A DNA stretch of 63,930 nt, filler included, from Octopus bimaculoides (taxonomy: Eukaryota): NCBI RefSeq assembly GCF_001194135.2. It is 4 parts of 4 records of this genome, joined end to end, with 100 filler letters (N's around TTAATTAATTAA, not from the genome) between each part and the next. Parts side by side here need not be neighbours in the genome. Positions count along the whole stretch, not along the records: positions 1 to 30,863 come from NC_068981.1; 3 more parts are not named here. One strand, given 5' to 3'. The position numbers were made by a program, and so were the translations under genes. This document shows positions 1-11,558 of the stretch, piece after piece; positions within the stretch are counted from its first letter, which is position 1; each line of letters opens with the position of its first letter. The notes beneath the pieces were generated by a model. That model was not told the DNA's origin. It did not search any database and saw nothing but the letters and a program-made list of their open reading frames with translations.

Positions 1-199
1 CTTTATTAACCATCAGGTTGACAAAAAGAGGGGACGATACGAGGACAGACACTGCAAACATTGGGGTCAGAGTATCGAATGAGACGAAACATATGAATAA
101 ACAATTAAAATATATACAATAAAATGAGAATGAGAGATTTGCAAAAAATCAAGCGGAGGACGCGATCGACCCCACAAACCACATACTCACACTGAAGAT

Positions 200-790
200 T
201 TTGCTTTGCCTTTTTTTGTTCTCATTTAGACAGGTTCTTTTACTCGCAACATACTTGCTACAGACTTCCATCTTTTACGAAACACATTTTGCGACAGGCA
301 TTTCTTCTCCAGCCTTATTTTCCGTTTCATGTGAGAAAACGAAAAAGTCGATTAACTCGAGACTGGAGATGAACATGCCTGTTGTAATTCCTTTCACTCT
401 CGTCTTCCATACTACCTCTTTCGCAACAACAACTACCGAGAGAAAACAGGCTCGCTCCTCCTAATTCAGTGGTGGTGGGGCCGAACGATCTTAATTACAG
501 ATTCGCTCGACAGCTGTACTCTTCTCGAATGATACAGCAGGTGTTCGATATAAGCCCAGAGTTCAGTCACCTTGGGGCATTGCACAGTCGCGTGCAGGAC
601 AGTTTCACTGTCCTGCTCGCATCTTGCACAAACTGGCGAAGGCGCACAGCCATGTCTAAAGAGCTTATCTCGAACCGGTAAAGTTCCTCTGTAATATTGC
701 CAGGCCTGTCCATAGGCCCCGGCCCAAATGTTCTTTGGAATAGGTTGGCCAGTTGATTTTCGTCGAAGCCTAGCCTGAACAGTCAACGGC
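200..790 (-). mobile_element. Tx1/L1-type LINE, decayed 3' end of ORF2 (zf-RVT region)
   Basis: Minus ORF 466-786 reads LPVRDKLFRHG..SPVCARCEQDSETVLHATVQCPKV..LW, a CxxC...H...C motif typical of L1/Tx1 ORF2 C-termini. It continues after a frame break as EERACFLSVVVVAKEVVWKTRVKG. Confidence 0.75.
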
Positions 791-1010
791 CATTCAACAA
801 AATGTTTGTAGATATGTATATATCTTTTTTTTTATATATGTGTATATATGTATAATTTTACTTTATATATGTTATTTTATATCTTTTAATTGCATATCTT
901 TTACTTTCCTTTATACAATATTATTTATATGTAATTCTTATCCATACATCGTACCTTTTGTATTTATTTATTTATTTTTAGTTTTATTTTATTTTTTATT
1001 TTTTTATATT

Positions 1011-1069
<59 letters not shown>

Positions 1070-1639
1070 NNNNNNNNNNNNNNNNNNNNNNNNNNNNNNN
1101 NNNNNNNNNNNNNNNNNNNNNNNNNNNNNNNNNNNNNNNNNNNNNNNNNNNNNNNNNNNNNNNNNNNNNNNNNNNNNNNNNNNNNNNNNNNNNNNNNNNN
1201 NNNNNNNNNNNNNNNNNNNNNNNNNNNNNNNNNNNNNNNNNNNNNNNNNNNNNNNNNNNNNNNNNNNNNNNNNNNNNNNNNNNNNNNNNNNNNNNNNNNN
1301 NNNNNNNNNNNNNNNNNNNNNNNNNNNNNNNNNNNNNNNNNNNNNNNNNNNNNNNNNNNNNNNNNNNNNNNNNNNNNNNNNNNNNNNNNNNNNNNNNNNN
1401 NNNNNNNNNNNNNNNNNNNNNNNNNNNNNNNNNNNNNNNNNNNNNNNNNNNNNNNNNNNNNNNNNNNNNNNNNNNNNNNNNNNNNNNNNNNNNNNNNNNN
1501 NNNNNNNNNNNNNNNNNNNNNNNNNNNNNNNNNNNNNNNNNCCACTGAAAATTATTCATCTGCACAGGTACTTCCTGTACTCCAAATCTTAGTAAAATCA
1601 TTCAACTGGTTGGTTGGCAGAAACCTAAAAATGCACTTG

Positions 1640-2145
1640 TAACTTACTCTAAAATGTCTCAAACAGAATCAGTAAATGGCAGAAAAGGCTTGAGAATGTC
1701 AAGGGAACAGGTCTGACTTGACAGGTGTCCCAGTGTATCACAGGCTGGATCCGGTCGTCATCCTGCCACTGTGGTCAAATAATCTCCAAGAAAAAGTAAA
1801 GATAAACATCCTTTGAATTTTGGTTGCTGGAACGTGTGCACACTTCTTGATGATAATTTCAACAAGAGGCCAGAAAGGCATACTGCACTTATTGCATGCG
1901 AGCTCAAGAAATATTCCCTTGATATAGTTGCGCTCTCTGAAACTTGTCTCTCTGGTGATGGTCAAGTAAATACTTATGGATATACTATCTTTTGGAGAGG
2001 CCTACCTAAGGGTCAGCGTAGAGAATCTGATGTTGGGTTTGCTCTCAAGAATTCATTAGTATCCTCCATTGCAGAGCTTCCAAGTGGCATATCTGAACGG
2101 ATCATGTTAAGTTGTATTAAACTGACAAAAGGTAGGTTTCTTACC
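1640..2145 (+). mobile_element. RTE (BovB-like) LINE 5' fragment with start of APE endonuclease
   Basis: LNFGCWNVCTLLD...RPERHTALIACELKKYSLDIVALSET...GYTIFWRG...VGFALK matches RTE-clade endonuclease motifs and is paralogous to 8837-9298. Confidence 0.85.
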
Positions 2146-4700
2146 TACAAGGAGTCAGCCCTTTCATCAATGCACATTGGAAGATCCAATTCATTGAGGA
2201 TTGGGTTGGTAACCATCCACACCACATCCCTTTCTTTATTCTTACTGAGATCCACCTTGACAACTCCCTCTTGGGAGCCGAAGTGAAAGTGAGGAATTTC
2301 ACAACCATGCCTCAACAGCATTAAGTGCTTTGTTCAACAGTGTCATTCTAGTAACGTACATATGATTTGGAGATTTTAATCTACCCTGTGTTGATTGGTC
2401 TACAAATAGTATAAAACCAGGCACTCCCACCTCTCGACTTTATGAATGAGTTTTTTCTTGTCCCAACTTGTCCTTGCACCAACAAGATATCAGAACATTT
2501 TAAATCCTTCTTTCAGACCATGACATGGTTCTCTGTAACCTGAGATTCCACCAGCCGAAAGCTAATCCTAGTGACCTGTCTCCAGCCCACCCAATTGATA
2601 ACATGGATCTCTATAATGCTAACTGGGATGCAACCATGAACGAGCTATCATATGTTGACCGGTCTTCCACACATGCATACACCTCCTCCAGCATCAAAAC
2701 ATCTTGGCAGATCTTTGTAGACACTGGCAGAAACATATGTGCAAAATACATCCCACCAAGATCTGTGAACAAAACTAAGTGCAGAATTTCCCAAAACAGA
2801 AAAACTATTATCAGAAAAATAAAAAGAACAAACAAAAAAATTAACAAACTAAAATACTGCTAACATCCACGCATATATTCGACGGCTATCGCCCTGCTCG
2901 AACCAAAAATAAATAACCTCCAATAATATATGAAGACTGTCATCAATAACCAAAGAACAGCTGAGGAGAACTGGACCATTGAGAAAATCAAACTCAACCC
3001 CAAAATGTTCTTACCTTTTGCGATAAAACACAAGGTCACTGCCTCTACTGTTGGCCCTCTAATTGATGAAAACGGCACTCTCCAAGATAATCCCCAAACC
3101 GTGAGTGAGATACTGCTGAAACAATACTGCTCTGTTTTCAGCAATCCTGATATGGCCGATCTGGGCTGTATCAGTGATGTTAATCCCCAACACATTATAC
3201 CGGACATAACGTTTGGAACCTCTAATGTCTTAGCGGCAATAAACGAAATTAAACACAATTCAGCAATAGGCCCTGATAGGTTCCCTGCTTGTGTCCTGAA
3301 GGTGTGTCAACACCAACTTGCATTTCCTGTTGCTAATCTGTGAAGGAACTCACTGGATGCTGGCTATACTCCTGAAAACTTCTGTCTCAGTCTGTTGTAC
3401 CAGTTTTCAAAAAGAGAAACAAGTCCTTTGTAGTGAACTACCAATCGATCTCACTCACTTCTCATATCATCAAGGTATTTGACAGGGTGGTGAAATCACG
3501 AATAACCCTCTTTCTTGAAAGTAACAGACTGCTGAACCCCCAACAAACATAGGTTTCGTAATAGAAGGAACTGCCTAACGCAGCTCATGTATCATTTTGA
3601 TGACATTTTGATGACATTTTGAAAGCTTTGGGAGAGAGCTCCAATACCAATGTCATCTACCTTGGTTTCAGCAAGGTCTTTGGCAGGGTTGATCATAAGA
3701 TTCTCTTGAAAAAACTATCCAGCATTGGTGTCTCTGGAAAGTTACTACAATGGATCAAGTGTTTCCTGACAGTCAGAACCCAACACGTTGTAGTCGAAGG
3801 AGTAAAATCAAGTCCAGCCAAAATCAGTAGTGGTGTTCTACAAAGCACTGTGTTGGCCCACTTCTTTTCATCATCTACATTAATTATATTACTGACATCA
3901 TCAAGCATAGCAACAATAGAATCTTTGCAGACGATTCCAAGCTCCAGAAGGTCATCAATGAAGTGGGTAACCGGACATGCCTTCAGTCAGACCTACTGGC
4001 AGTCGTCAAATGGACGGAAAAGAACAATATGCTGCTGAACGAGGACAAGTTTTAGTTAATCCAATTCGGAAAAGAGGATACCCTAAAACTCCCACTTGGG
4101 AGTAATTGTGGACAACAGCATAAGCCGGGCCGCTCATATAAGCAGCAAAGTTGACATGGCCTGCAGAATGCGTTCCTGGATTCTCAGAACCTTCCAGTCG
4201 AGAGGTATCCACACCATTATCCTTCTCTTCTCCACTTTTGCCCGACCCCACCTTGAATGCTGTTGTCTCCCCATACGAAACAAAGTATCATGAAAGTTGA
4301 AGCACCTCAAAGGTTAATCACAAAACCGATAGGTGGCGTGACAGGCCTTGACAATTGGAGTCGACTAGAAAAGTTCAAGCTTTATTCTCTCCAACGTTGC
4401 TGTGAGCGCTACATCATCTGCATGATGAGGAAAATATTCCATCAGCATCGCCCAAATGATGTTGGCATCACCTTTACGATACACTCAAGGCTTGGGCTCC
4501 GTGCTATTCGCTCACAACATAAATTGCACTCGCATCTCATAACAATACGGCACAGTTATTTCTCCTCAGTTGGCCCCGCTCTGTTTGATATTACATCAAA
4601 ACACATTAAAGCAGAGACAGCCCCCATAAAGTTCAAGAAATCTTTGGACAAATTCCTTCAAGAAATCCTGGATAAACTTCCTATACCTTGATAGGAGAGG
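2146..4700 (+). mobile_element. CR1/L2-group LINE ORF2 (APE + RT), heavily frameshifted
   Basis: Recognisable motifs in order: FILTEIHL (~2230), GDFNLPCVDW (~2370), AIGPDRFPACVLK, VPVFKK...YQSISLTS, VIYLGFSKVFGRVDHKILLKKL, SGVLQSTVL, FADDS (~3925), and the C-terminal LEKFKLYSLQR...FKKSLDKFL. Confidence 0.85.
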
Positions 4701-4778
4701 AACACAGAAATAAACAGGGAGAGAAAATTGAAAAAGGTTTAGTGGTTAGCGATATATCCTGGCGAATGCCGGACAGAG

Positions 4779-4825
<47 letters not shown>

Positions 4826-4893
4826 CCACAGATGAGATTCAGAGTATAGAAGACACTTGGTAGCACTCAAATTATTCAAACTTGGAATCCGCT

Positions 4894-5017
4894 GTCTGTA
4901 CGGAGGATCAAATACGCGGGGTCAAGAATGGGTATAAGAGGAATCAAGTTAATCTGCTCAACTTCATCCTTCTTATAGCCATTCTTTACCCCCGATGAAT
5001 TGATCCCCTGCAAAGAC
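4894..5017. repeat. Imperfect ~124-bp inverted repeat (hairpin), MITE-like
   Basis: GGGGTCAAGAATGGGTATAAGAGGAATCAAGTT (4918-4950) pairs with AACTTCATCCTTCTTATAGCCATTCTTTACCCC (4960-4992) around a 9-nt loop. Weaker pairing extends out to GTCTGTA / CAAAGAC. Confidence 0.7.
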
Positions 5018-5049
5018 ATAGGAGTCTAAGTTTGAATCATTTGATCGAT

Positions 5050-5404
5050 GTGGCTGGTTGGTAAATAGCTTACTTACCAACCACATGGTTCCGAATTCAG
5101 ACCCACTGCGTGGCACCTTGGGCAAGTGTCTTCTACTATAGCTTCGGGCCGACCAAAGCCTCGTGAGCGGATTTGGTAGACGGAAACTAACAGAAGCCCG
5201 TCGTATATGTGTGTGTGTGTGTGTGTGTCCCAACATCGCTTGACAATAAATGTTGGTATGTCTACGTCCCCGTAACTTAGCGGTTCTGTAAAAAACACCG
5301 ATAGGATAAGTACTATTCTTACAAAGAATAAGTCCTGGGGTCGATTTGCTAGTCTAAAGGCGGTGCTCCATCATGGCTGCAGTCAAATGATTGAAACAAG
5401 TAAA

Positions 5405-5408
<4 letters not shown>
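5050..5408 (+). mobile_element. tRNA-derived SINE, family 1 (CORE-like centre)
   Basis: Pol III A/B-box-like head (TGGCTGGTTGG...GGTTCCGAATTC), then GGCACCTTGGGCAAGTG resembling the CORE-SINE motif, a (TG)n linker, and a tail ending CAGTCAAATGATTGAAACAAGTAAAG. The tail recurs at ~33765, 53790 and 59720. Confidence 0.85.
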
Positions 5409-5444
<36 letters not shown>

Positions 5445-6497
5445 TAAAACAGTCTGATTCAGCCGCGTGCAACTTAACGTTTCGAAAGTTTCTTACAGAA
5501 TCCTAGCTTATTGATCTCAGGCTACCTGAGCCTGATGAGCAAAATCAAAAAGACGGAGGTTGTGACAGCTGCAAAAAATTTCATTGTGGAGGCAGTAATT
5601 TCCTAAAAGGGTGGTCATATTGAGTGATAAATATTTTTGTTGTAATAAATGTTACATTAAAATTTATCTGCTACCATTATTTTGATATTTATAACCGGTT
5701 TTATGCATCGTAAAATTGTCTCAATTTATCTTTATATAACCTATATAGTACCTATATAAATAGGGCTAATTGAGCTGTTTCCCTGGAAGATTGAAAAAAA
5801 ATAATGAGCAACCTTAATCCATTTTCGAACTTTATTGGATTTTCATCAGAGGCGTCTACATCAATTTGGCCAATCCCTCAAAAGCAAGCAGCCGATCTGT
5901 TTATATACTCAATATAACTTCTACTAAATGTGTTGAGTGCGTGTTTCTTTCGTTTGTCCACTCACCAGTGGGACAGACAGATACACAGGTTTGTGTGTGT
6001 GTGTGTCCATTTGTATAAACACACACATACATGAGTACTTACATCCATCCATCCAAGCATTACTTACAAAAGTATTTACATACAATTGTAGTATACGTGC
6101 GACATACAAGCACAAATTCAGACAGACATAAATACATTCATACACCTGCGATCATGCGTACATATATACACATTATTGGAGCCCTTAGTTATATACAACT
6201 AACTATTTGAGTACCAGCCTTTAGAAAGTGAGCTTCACAAAGCCAGAAAGGATCCAGTTGACTAGGAAATCACAATTACAAATCATTAATTGAACGGTGG
6301 AAATATATAAAGCATAGCAGAAGTTGAGCATTATATATGCACAATAAACACACGTGTAGACGTACAAACATATGTCTACGTACACATGAATAGGTCAAAC
6401 ATACGCATCCATACATGCATACACACGCTGTCATGCAAACTCATAGATACGTGCACAGAGAGATAGCTAGATAAACAGATAGACATACAGACAGACT

Positions 6498-6548
<51 letters not shown>

Positions 6549-6621
6549 GGATAAATACATGGATGGATGAAGGGATACATGTATGCATACATACACACAA
6601 ACATCCGTACGCACATACATA

Positions 6622-9600
6622 AATATAATGGCCGTCCACTCGTGACCGAGGAAGACCATTCCTGATCTTTAGGAACATTGTGCGCTCTATGACTAACTTA
6701 TATTTTGCATTTGCGGCTCCGGTGATGGCTAATGAGCCCTGCTCTTGACAAGCATACACGACTACAAACATTGCAAACCAAGCTTTCCCCATTCACTAAA
6801 CTAGCGGTGCGCTTTCGAGCAGCACGCTTAAATTCTTCATGCAGAATATGTGCGCTCTCAAAGGTATTGACCCCCTCCTTAACCTGCTTCCTCCATCTGT
6901 AGCGATGACAGGCATTGCTCTCCCAGTCAGTCTCCTGCATATCACAGGCTTTTAATGAGGACTTGACACAGTCCTTAAATCGTAGCCTTGGTTTCTACCG
7001 GGGTCTCTTTCCACTAACAAGTTCCCCATAGAGCATCTGTCCAACGTAACCGTGCTTGTGCACCATCACCTCAATACTCAAGATATCAGCTGTCTTCAGG
7101 ACTTGTGTGTTTGGAGTTTTTAAGGTCCAGCCAACATTCAGGATGTGTCTCAGACATCTCTGATGAAAGCGTTCAAGGACCCTTACATGACGTTTGTAAA
7201 GGGTCCATATCTCACATGAGTAAAGGAGCGATGTCAGTACACATACACAGTACACATCAATCTTTGCTTTGCGATGACATGCTGAGACCAGACACGAGAC
7301 TGAAGAAACCAGAAGGAATCAGTTGCTCTCTCCAACCTGAAAGATATTTCATTATCCAGGGAGCAAGAACGGCTGGGTGTGCTGCCCAGGTAGACAAACT
7401 TTTCTACCACTTTCAGAATTGTTCTTTCAACCGAGACAGCTGGTTCCACATGTGGATTTCCTGGTGCAGGCTGGAACATTACAACAGTCTTATCCAGGCT
7501 AATACTGAATCCAAATGTCTTGCAAGAAGCAGAAATACGATTCTTAAGTATTTGCATGTCATCCACTGTATGAGTGACTAAGTCACAGTCATCTGCATAA
7601 AGAAGGTCACGAATAAGAGAACGGAAAACTTTTGATCTGGCAGCAAATCGGCGCAGATTTAGGAGGCGGCCAGACGTCATTTACGAGATACGCATTCAGG
7701 CGGCTAAGAAGAATATTTGCCAGAACCTTACCAGTAGCTGATAAAGCAATACCTCCGTAGTTACCACACATTGTTCTGACTCCTTTTCCTTGAAAGAGAG
7801 GAAGAATAATTGCATCGTTCCAGTCCTTAGGCATTGCACCATCCCTCCAGACTACACCAATAAGATCATGAAGGGACAGTGTGATATAATCACCACCAAA
7901 TTGCAAGACCTCAGCACAAATTCCATTCCTTCTAGGTGCCCTACTAAGATTCAATTTATTTATTGATGTCATTAGCTCATCTATTAAGGGCGTAGAATTT
8001 AAGGAGCCAATGATAGGTTTTTGGGGCATAGTATCAATCACTGTTTCATCCACAACTGACTCATGTTTTAGGAGTTCAGAGAAGTGTTCAGTCCAGTGAC
8101 CTGTGACTTCTGTTGATTTAGTAAACAGAGTAGAAGACTCCTTGGAAAGCAAAGGAGGTGATGCAGAGTTCTTATGCCCATAAACTTGCTTCATAAGATG
8201 GTAAAGCATCTTGCTGTCACTCGCATCAGCAGCAGCCTGAACATCACAAACAAGATCATCTCACCTAGTGTTCTGCATCTTCCTGAGAGATCGCTGCAGT
8301 AGTGATTTAACACTGCTATAGTGTGAAAGTGCTAGATTTCGCTGCACAGCTGAAAATCCTCTGTGCAGCAATACATTGTGGGCATGGCGTTTTACAACCA
8401 ATAGTCGTATATCCCAGTGTTTCAGCAGCACATTGAAGAACTTGGTCTCGAAAATCTTCCCATACTGTAGTATTTTCAATGCTGGAGAAGCGAGTCTGAA
8501 GCTCTTTCCTCAACACAGCATCATATATCTTGTGGACATTCAGACGCCGAGGAATGTCAACTGGCACTCTTCTCTCTTTCACTCTTATCATCATCCGGAA
8601 CTTTGCTCGTACCAGACTGTGGTCTGTCTAGCATTCCGATCCATGAAAGGACTTGATATTACAAATGTTATAGATGTCACGCATGCAGATGTTGACCAGC
8701 AAGTGCCAAACTTTAGACTTTGGATGCATCCACGTTGTTGTGTGATCACCTTTGTGCATAAAATGAGTGCTTGCGATATAAAGTCAATGTCCATCGCAAA
8801 GCTCTAGCAGTATGAGACCATTGCTATTCATTTTCCCTACACCAACTTCTTAACGATATCAGATCGAACTGCAAAGCCAACACCAGCATCTCTGCTCTCC
8901 TCCTTCTGTTTCTCCTTCCAAAAAAAGATGTATCCACCTCCTACTTCCTCAAACTGACCATTACTTTCTATACAAGTCTCTGAAAGGGCAGTTATATCAA
9001 TGTTATAACGGTTCAGCTCGCGCGCAACAAGTGCAGTGCGTCTTTCAGGCCTACAGTCAGTCTTGTTATCCAACTGAGTGCGCACATTCCAACATGAAAC
9101 GTTCAAGTTCCATCCAGATTTTGTAAAAAAAAAAAGTCTCTTTGTATTTCGAGCACAGGGTGGACATCCGTCAGTCGCGCTAAACTGACCAGATACAGAA
9201 AGACAGGCAATTTTTGGTTCATCTTTTCTAGAACATCCCCGGCCTCCGGATGAACAGTGCCCTCTCCAAATGGAGCTGCTCAGACACCCATGCAGCAACC
9301 GAATCCTATCGCTGACTTGGGCGACAAGGAGACGACTTTATATCTAGCATGGGCCACCTACGTGCAGGTCGCTGACAACATGCTTCCAACCTGTCAGATC
9401 TGCATGCTTCGCCACCTTCCCATCGCCGCAGGACTTCTGGATAAAAATAAAATAAATATATACTAAAAATAAAGACACATATATACTGAAAATAACATAA
9501 ATATATATAGGGGAAATAGCGGCACAAACCGAGCAGAGGTCAGCAATGGCAGAGTTTTAGGTTCAATAAGGCTTGCACGACACCTCATAGGCCCTCTCCA

Positions 9601-10062
9601 CGTTATTGATATTATCCAGAGACAAGCCAGAGCGAGATGTCTGGCGCCAATATGAGTCGCAGGCTCAGGGGTGTGGGAGCACCATGATCTCTAGCACAAA
9701 CCAAAGATCCCTAAAATGTCCAGTGCCATTCCCTGCATATCTGGTTTTATATCAGAGTGACCTTCGCCTAGAGACATACTTTAACAGAAGCTAAGGTGTA
9801 CCTCACACCCAGTGGTCTTCTAGCACGCCGGATACCATCCGGGAATTTCTGCGTGCGATTGCTACATAGCCATTAAGCTAGCACTAGGTTCGTCTGACCT
9901 TTCAACAGGTCTTGTTTTTAATCCTGCTGGGTTTCTAGCAACCCTCCTCACCAAGATAGCCTGGTGGGGATGCCGGTTTAGTGTTGACAATCCGACCATG
10001 CAACAGGTTGTGCTGGATTCCATATTACCAGTAGCACTTGTGAGAGCCTCATAAGTGACCTG
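6622..10062 (-). mobile_element. Near full-length decayed RTE (BovB-like) LINE, ~3.4 kb
   Basis: On the minus strand: 5' UTR, APE (WNVRTQLD..RPERRTALVARELNRYNIDITALSET), RT (NYGGIALSATGKVLANILLSRL; RDLLYADDC; EKFVYLGS; LLYSCEIW) and the C-terminal CNVCSRVCLSRAGLISH. It has many stops, frameshifts and an RT-internal deletion. Confidence 0.92.
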
Positions 10063-10070
10063 ATATAGAT

Positions 10071-10079
10071 ATACATACA

Positions 10080-10113
<34 letters not shown>

Positions 10114-10126
10114 CATACATACATAC
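10071..10126. repeat. (ATAC)n microsatellite, 5' flank of the R4/Dong cluster
   Basis: Direct reading of ~14 ATAC units. Confidence 0.95.
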
Positions 10127-11554
10127 GTTCAATAAAACAATGGCCCACAGTGTGTTTGCAGTACCAGCACTCATACCAACATTTGGACTACTTGATTGGA
10201 CGCTTGATGAGATCTGAGCCATTGATGTGAAAACCCGAAAAATACTTTCCGCATAAACAGTCACGTAGACCGCCTCTACCTAAAACGTAAACGAGGCGGC
10301 AGTGGCTTAATATCGATCCAAAATGCCTTTGAATGTCGTATTATATCCCTTCGACAACATCTTTTAACTACCAAGTCTTGAAGTGCATCCCTTGACCAAG
10401 TTTGCATACATGAGGTTGTTAACATCATAAGATTTGGAAGGCAGCTCCTTGAGCAAAATTCCTTGTCTGATAACTTAGAATACATGCCCAAAGAAGTCAC
10501 ACGACTCTACCACAACGTATCATCAGATGAAAGGATGAGACTATATGAGCAGAATTCTATGCATGGATATGTTAGTAGAAAGCTCCGAGATGATAGTAAC
10601 ATCGATCATCAAAGCAGTTGATCATGGACCAATAGCCGGATTACTACCTACAACTTTGAAGGGTATGCGTTTGTAATCCAGGAACAAGTAATATCAACCA
10701 AATACCTGAGGCACAAAAGGGATAGAAATGCAGGAAAGGCAGTGAAATGTAATAAACGATGCAGGCTTTGTGGAGTCAACACCGAAGATATCACCCACAT
10801 CATAAGCAGTTGTCCGAAAATGTCATCACGGTATTATCTACCTATGAGACGTGATGTAGTTAGGACCCTATAATGAAATCCGTCGGAAGGATAACCCTGG
10901 AGACAAAGAAATAAGAACCCACAATATGGCAGAAGCCATAGCCAATCATAATAAAAAGGAGTACTGATGGAATATCCAAGTGAAGACCTCCATAAAATGT
11001 AAGCACAACAGACCTGATATAATGGTTTGGGATAGGGAAGAGAAACTGTGCACAGTTGTGGAAATTAGCTGCCCGGCAGGTGTTAACAATAAGCTGAAAA
11101 TTAGTGAAAAAGAGAACACCTATACTGAGTTATTGAGAAATCTGCAGCTACTCTATCCATATTACAAGTTCAGGTTTATACCAGTAATTATTGGGGCCCT
11201 GGGATATGTAACACACTGCCTAAATATCAATCTTGAAAAATTAGGCTTCTCAAAACCAGAAAGGAGAAAGCTAATTCGAAGACTACTGACCCAATCCATC
11301 ACTGGAACTGTAAAAATCTGTAAAACTTTCCAGAAGTTTATCATTTGGATATATATGAGCATGTCTAGATATGCAACTATATGTATGAGAATAAATACTT
11401 AAAATAAAACATACAAATCGGCACCGATACATACATACAAACGAAAATACCACGTTGTTGATATTGAAATTCCAATGAAGAAGCCTTGAATCTCTGTTAG
11501 AAACTGACTCTTTCTCTATTGGCAAGAAATCTTGAAATAAAACTGAACAATGAC
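10127..11554 (+). mobile_element. R4/Dong-clade non-LTR retrotransposon, copy A (5'-truncated, subfamily 1)
   Basis: FAVPALIPTFGLLDWT..IDVKTRKIL, VDRLYLKRKRGGSGL, zinc knuckle CRLCGVNTEDITHIISSC, RLE motifs HNRPDIMVWDREEK..VEISCP..EKENTY..PVIIGALG; the 3' UTR ends AACTGAACAATGAC-ATAC. Confidence 0.9.
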
Positions 11555-11558
11555 ATAC

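Noticed and set aside
5470-5535. CTGATGAG on the plus strand and GAAACGTT on the minus strand, hammerhead-like
   Set aside because: The core halves lie on opposite strands or are too degenerate (CUGUAAGA, no convincing stem II); no complete fold.
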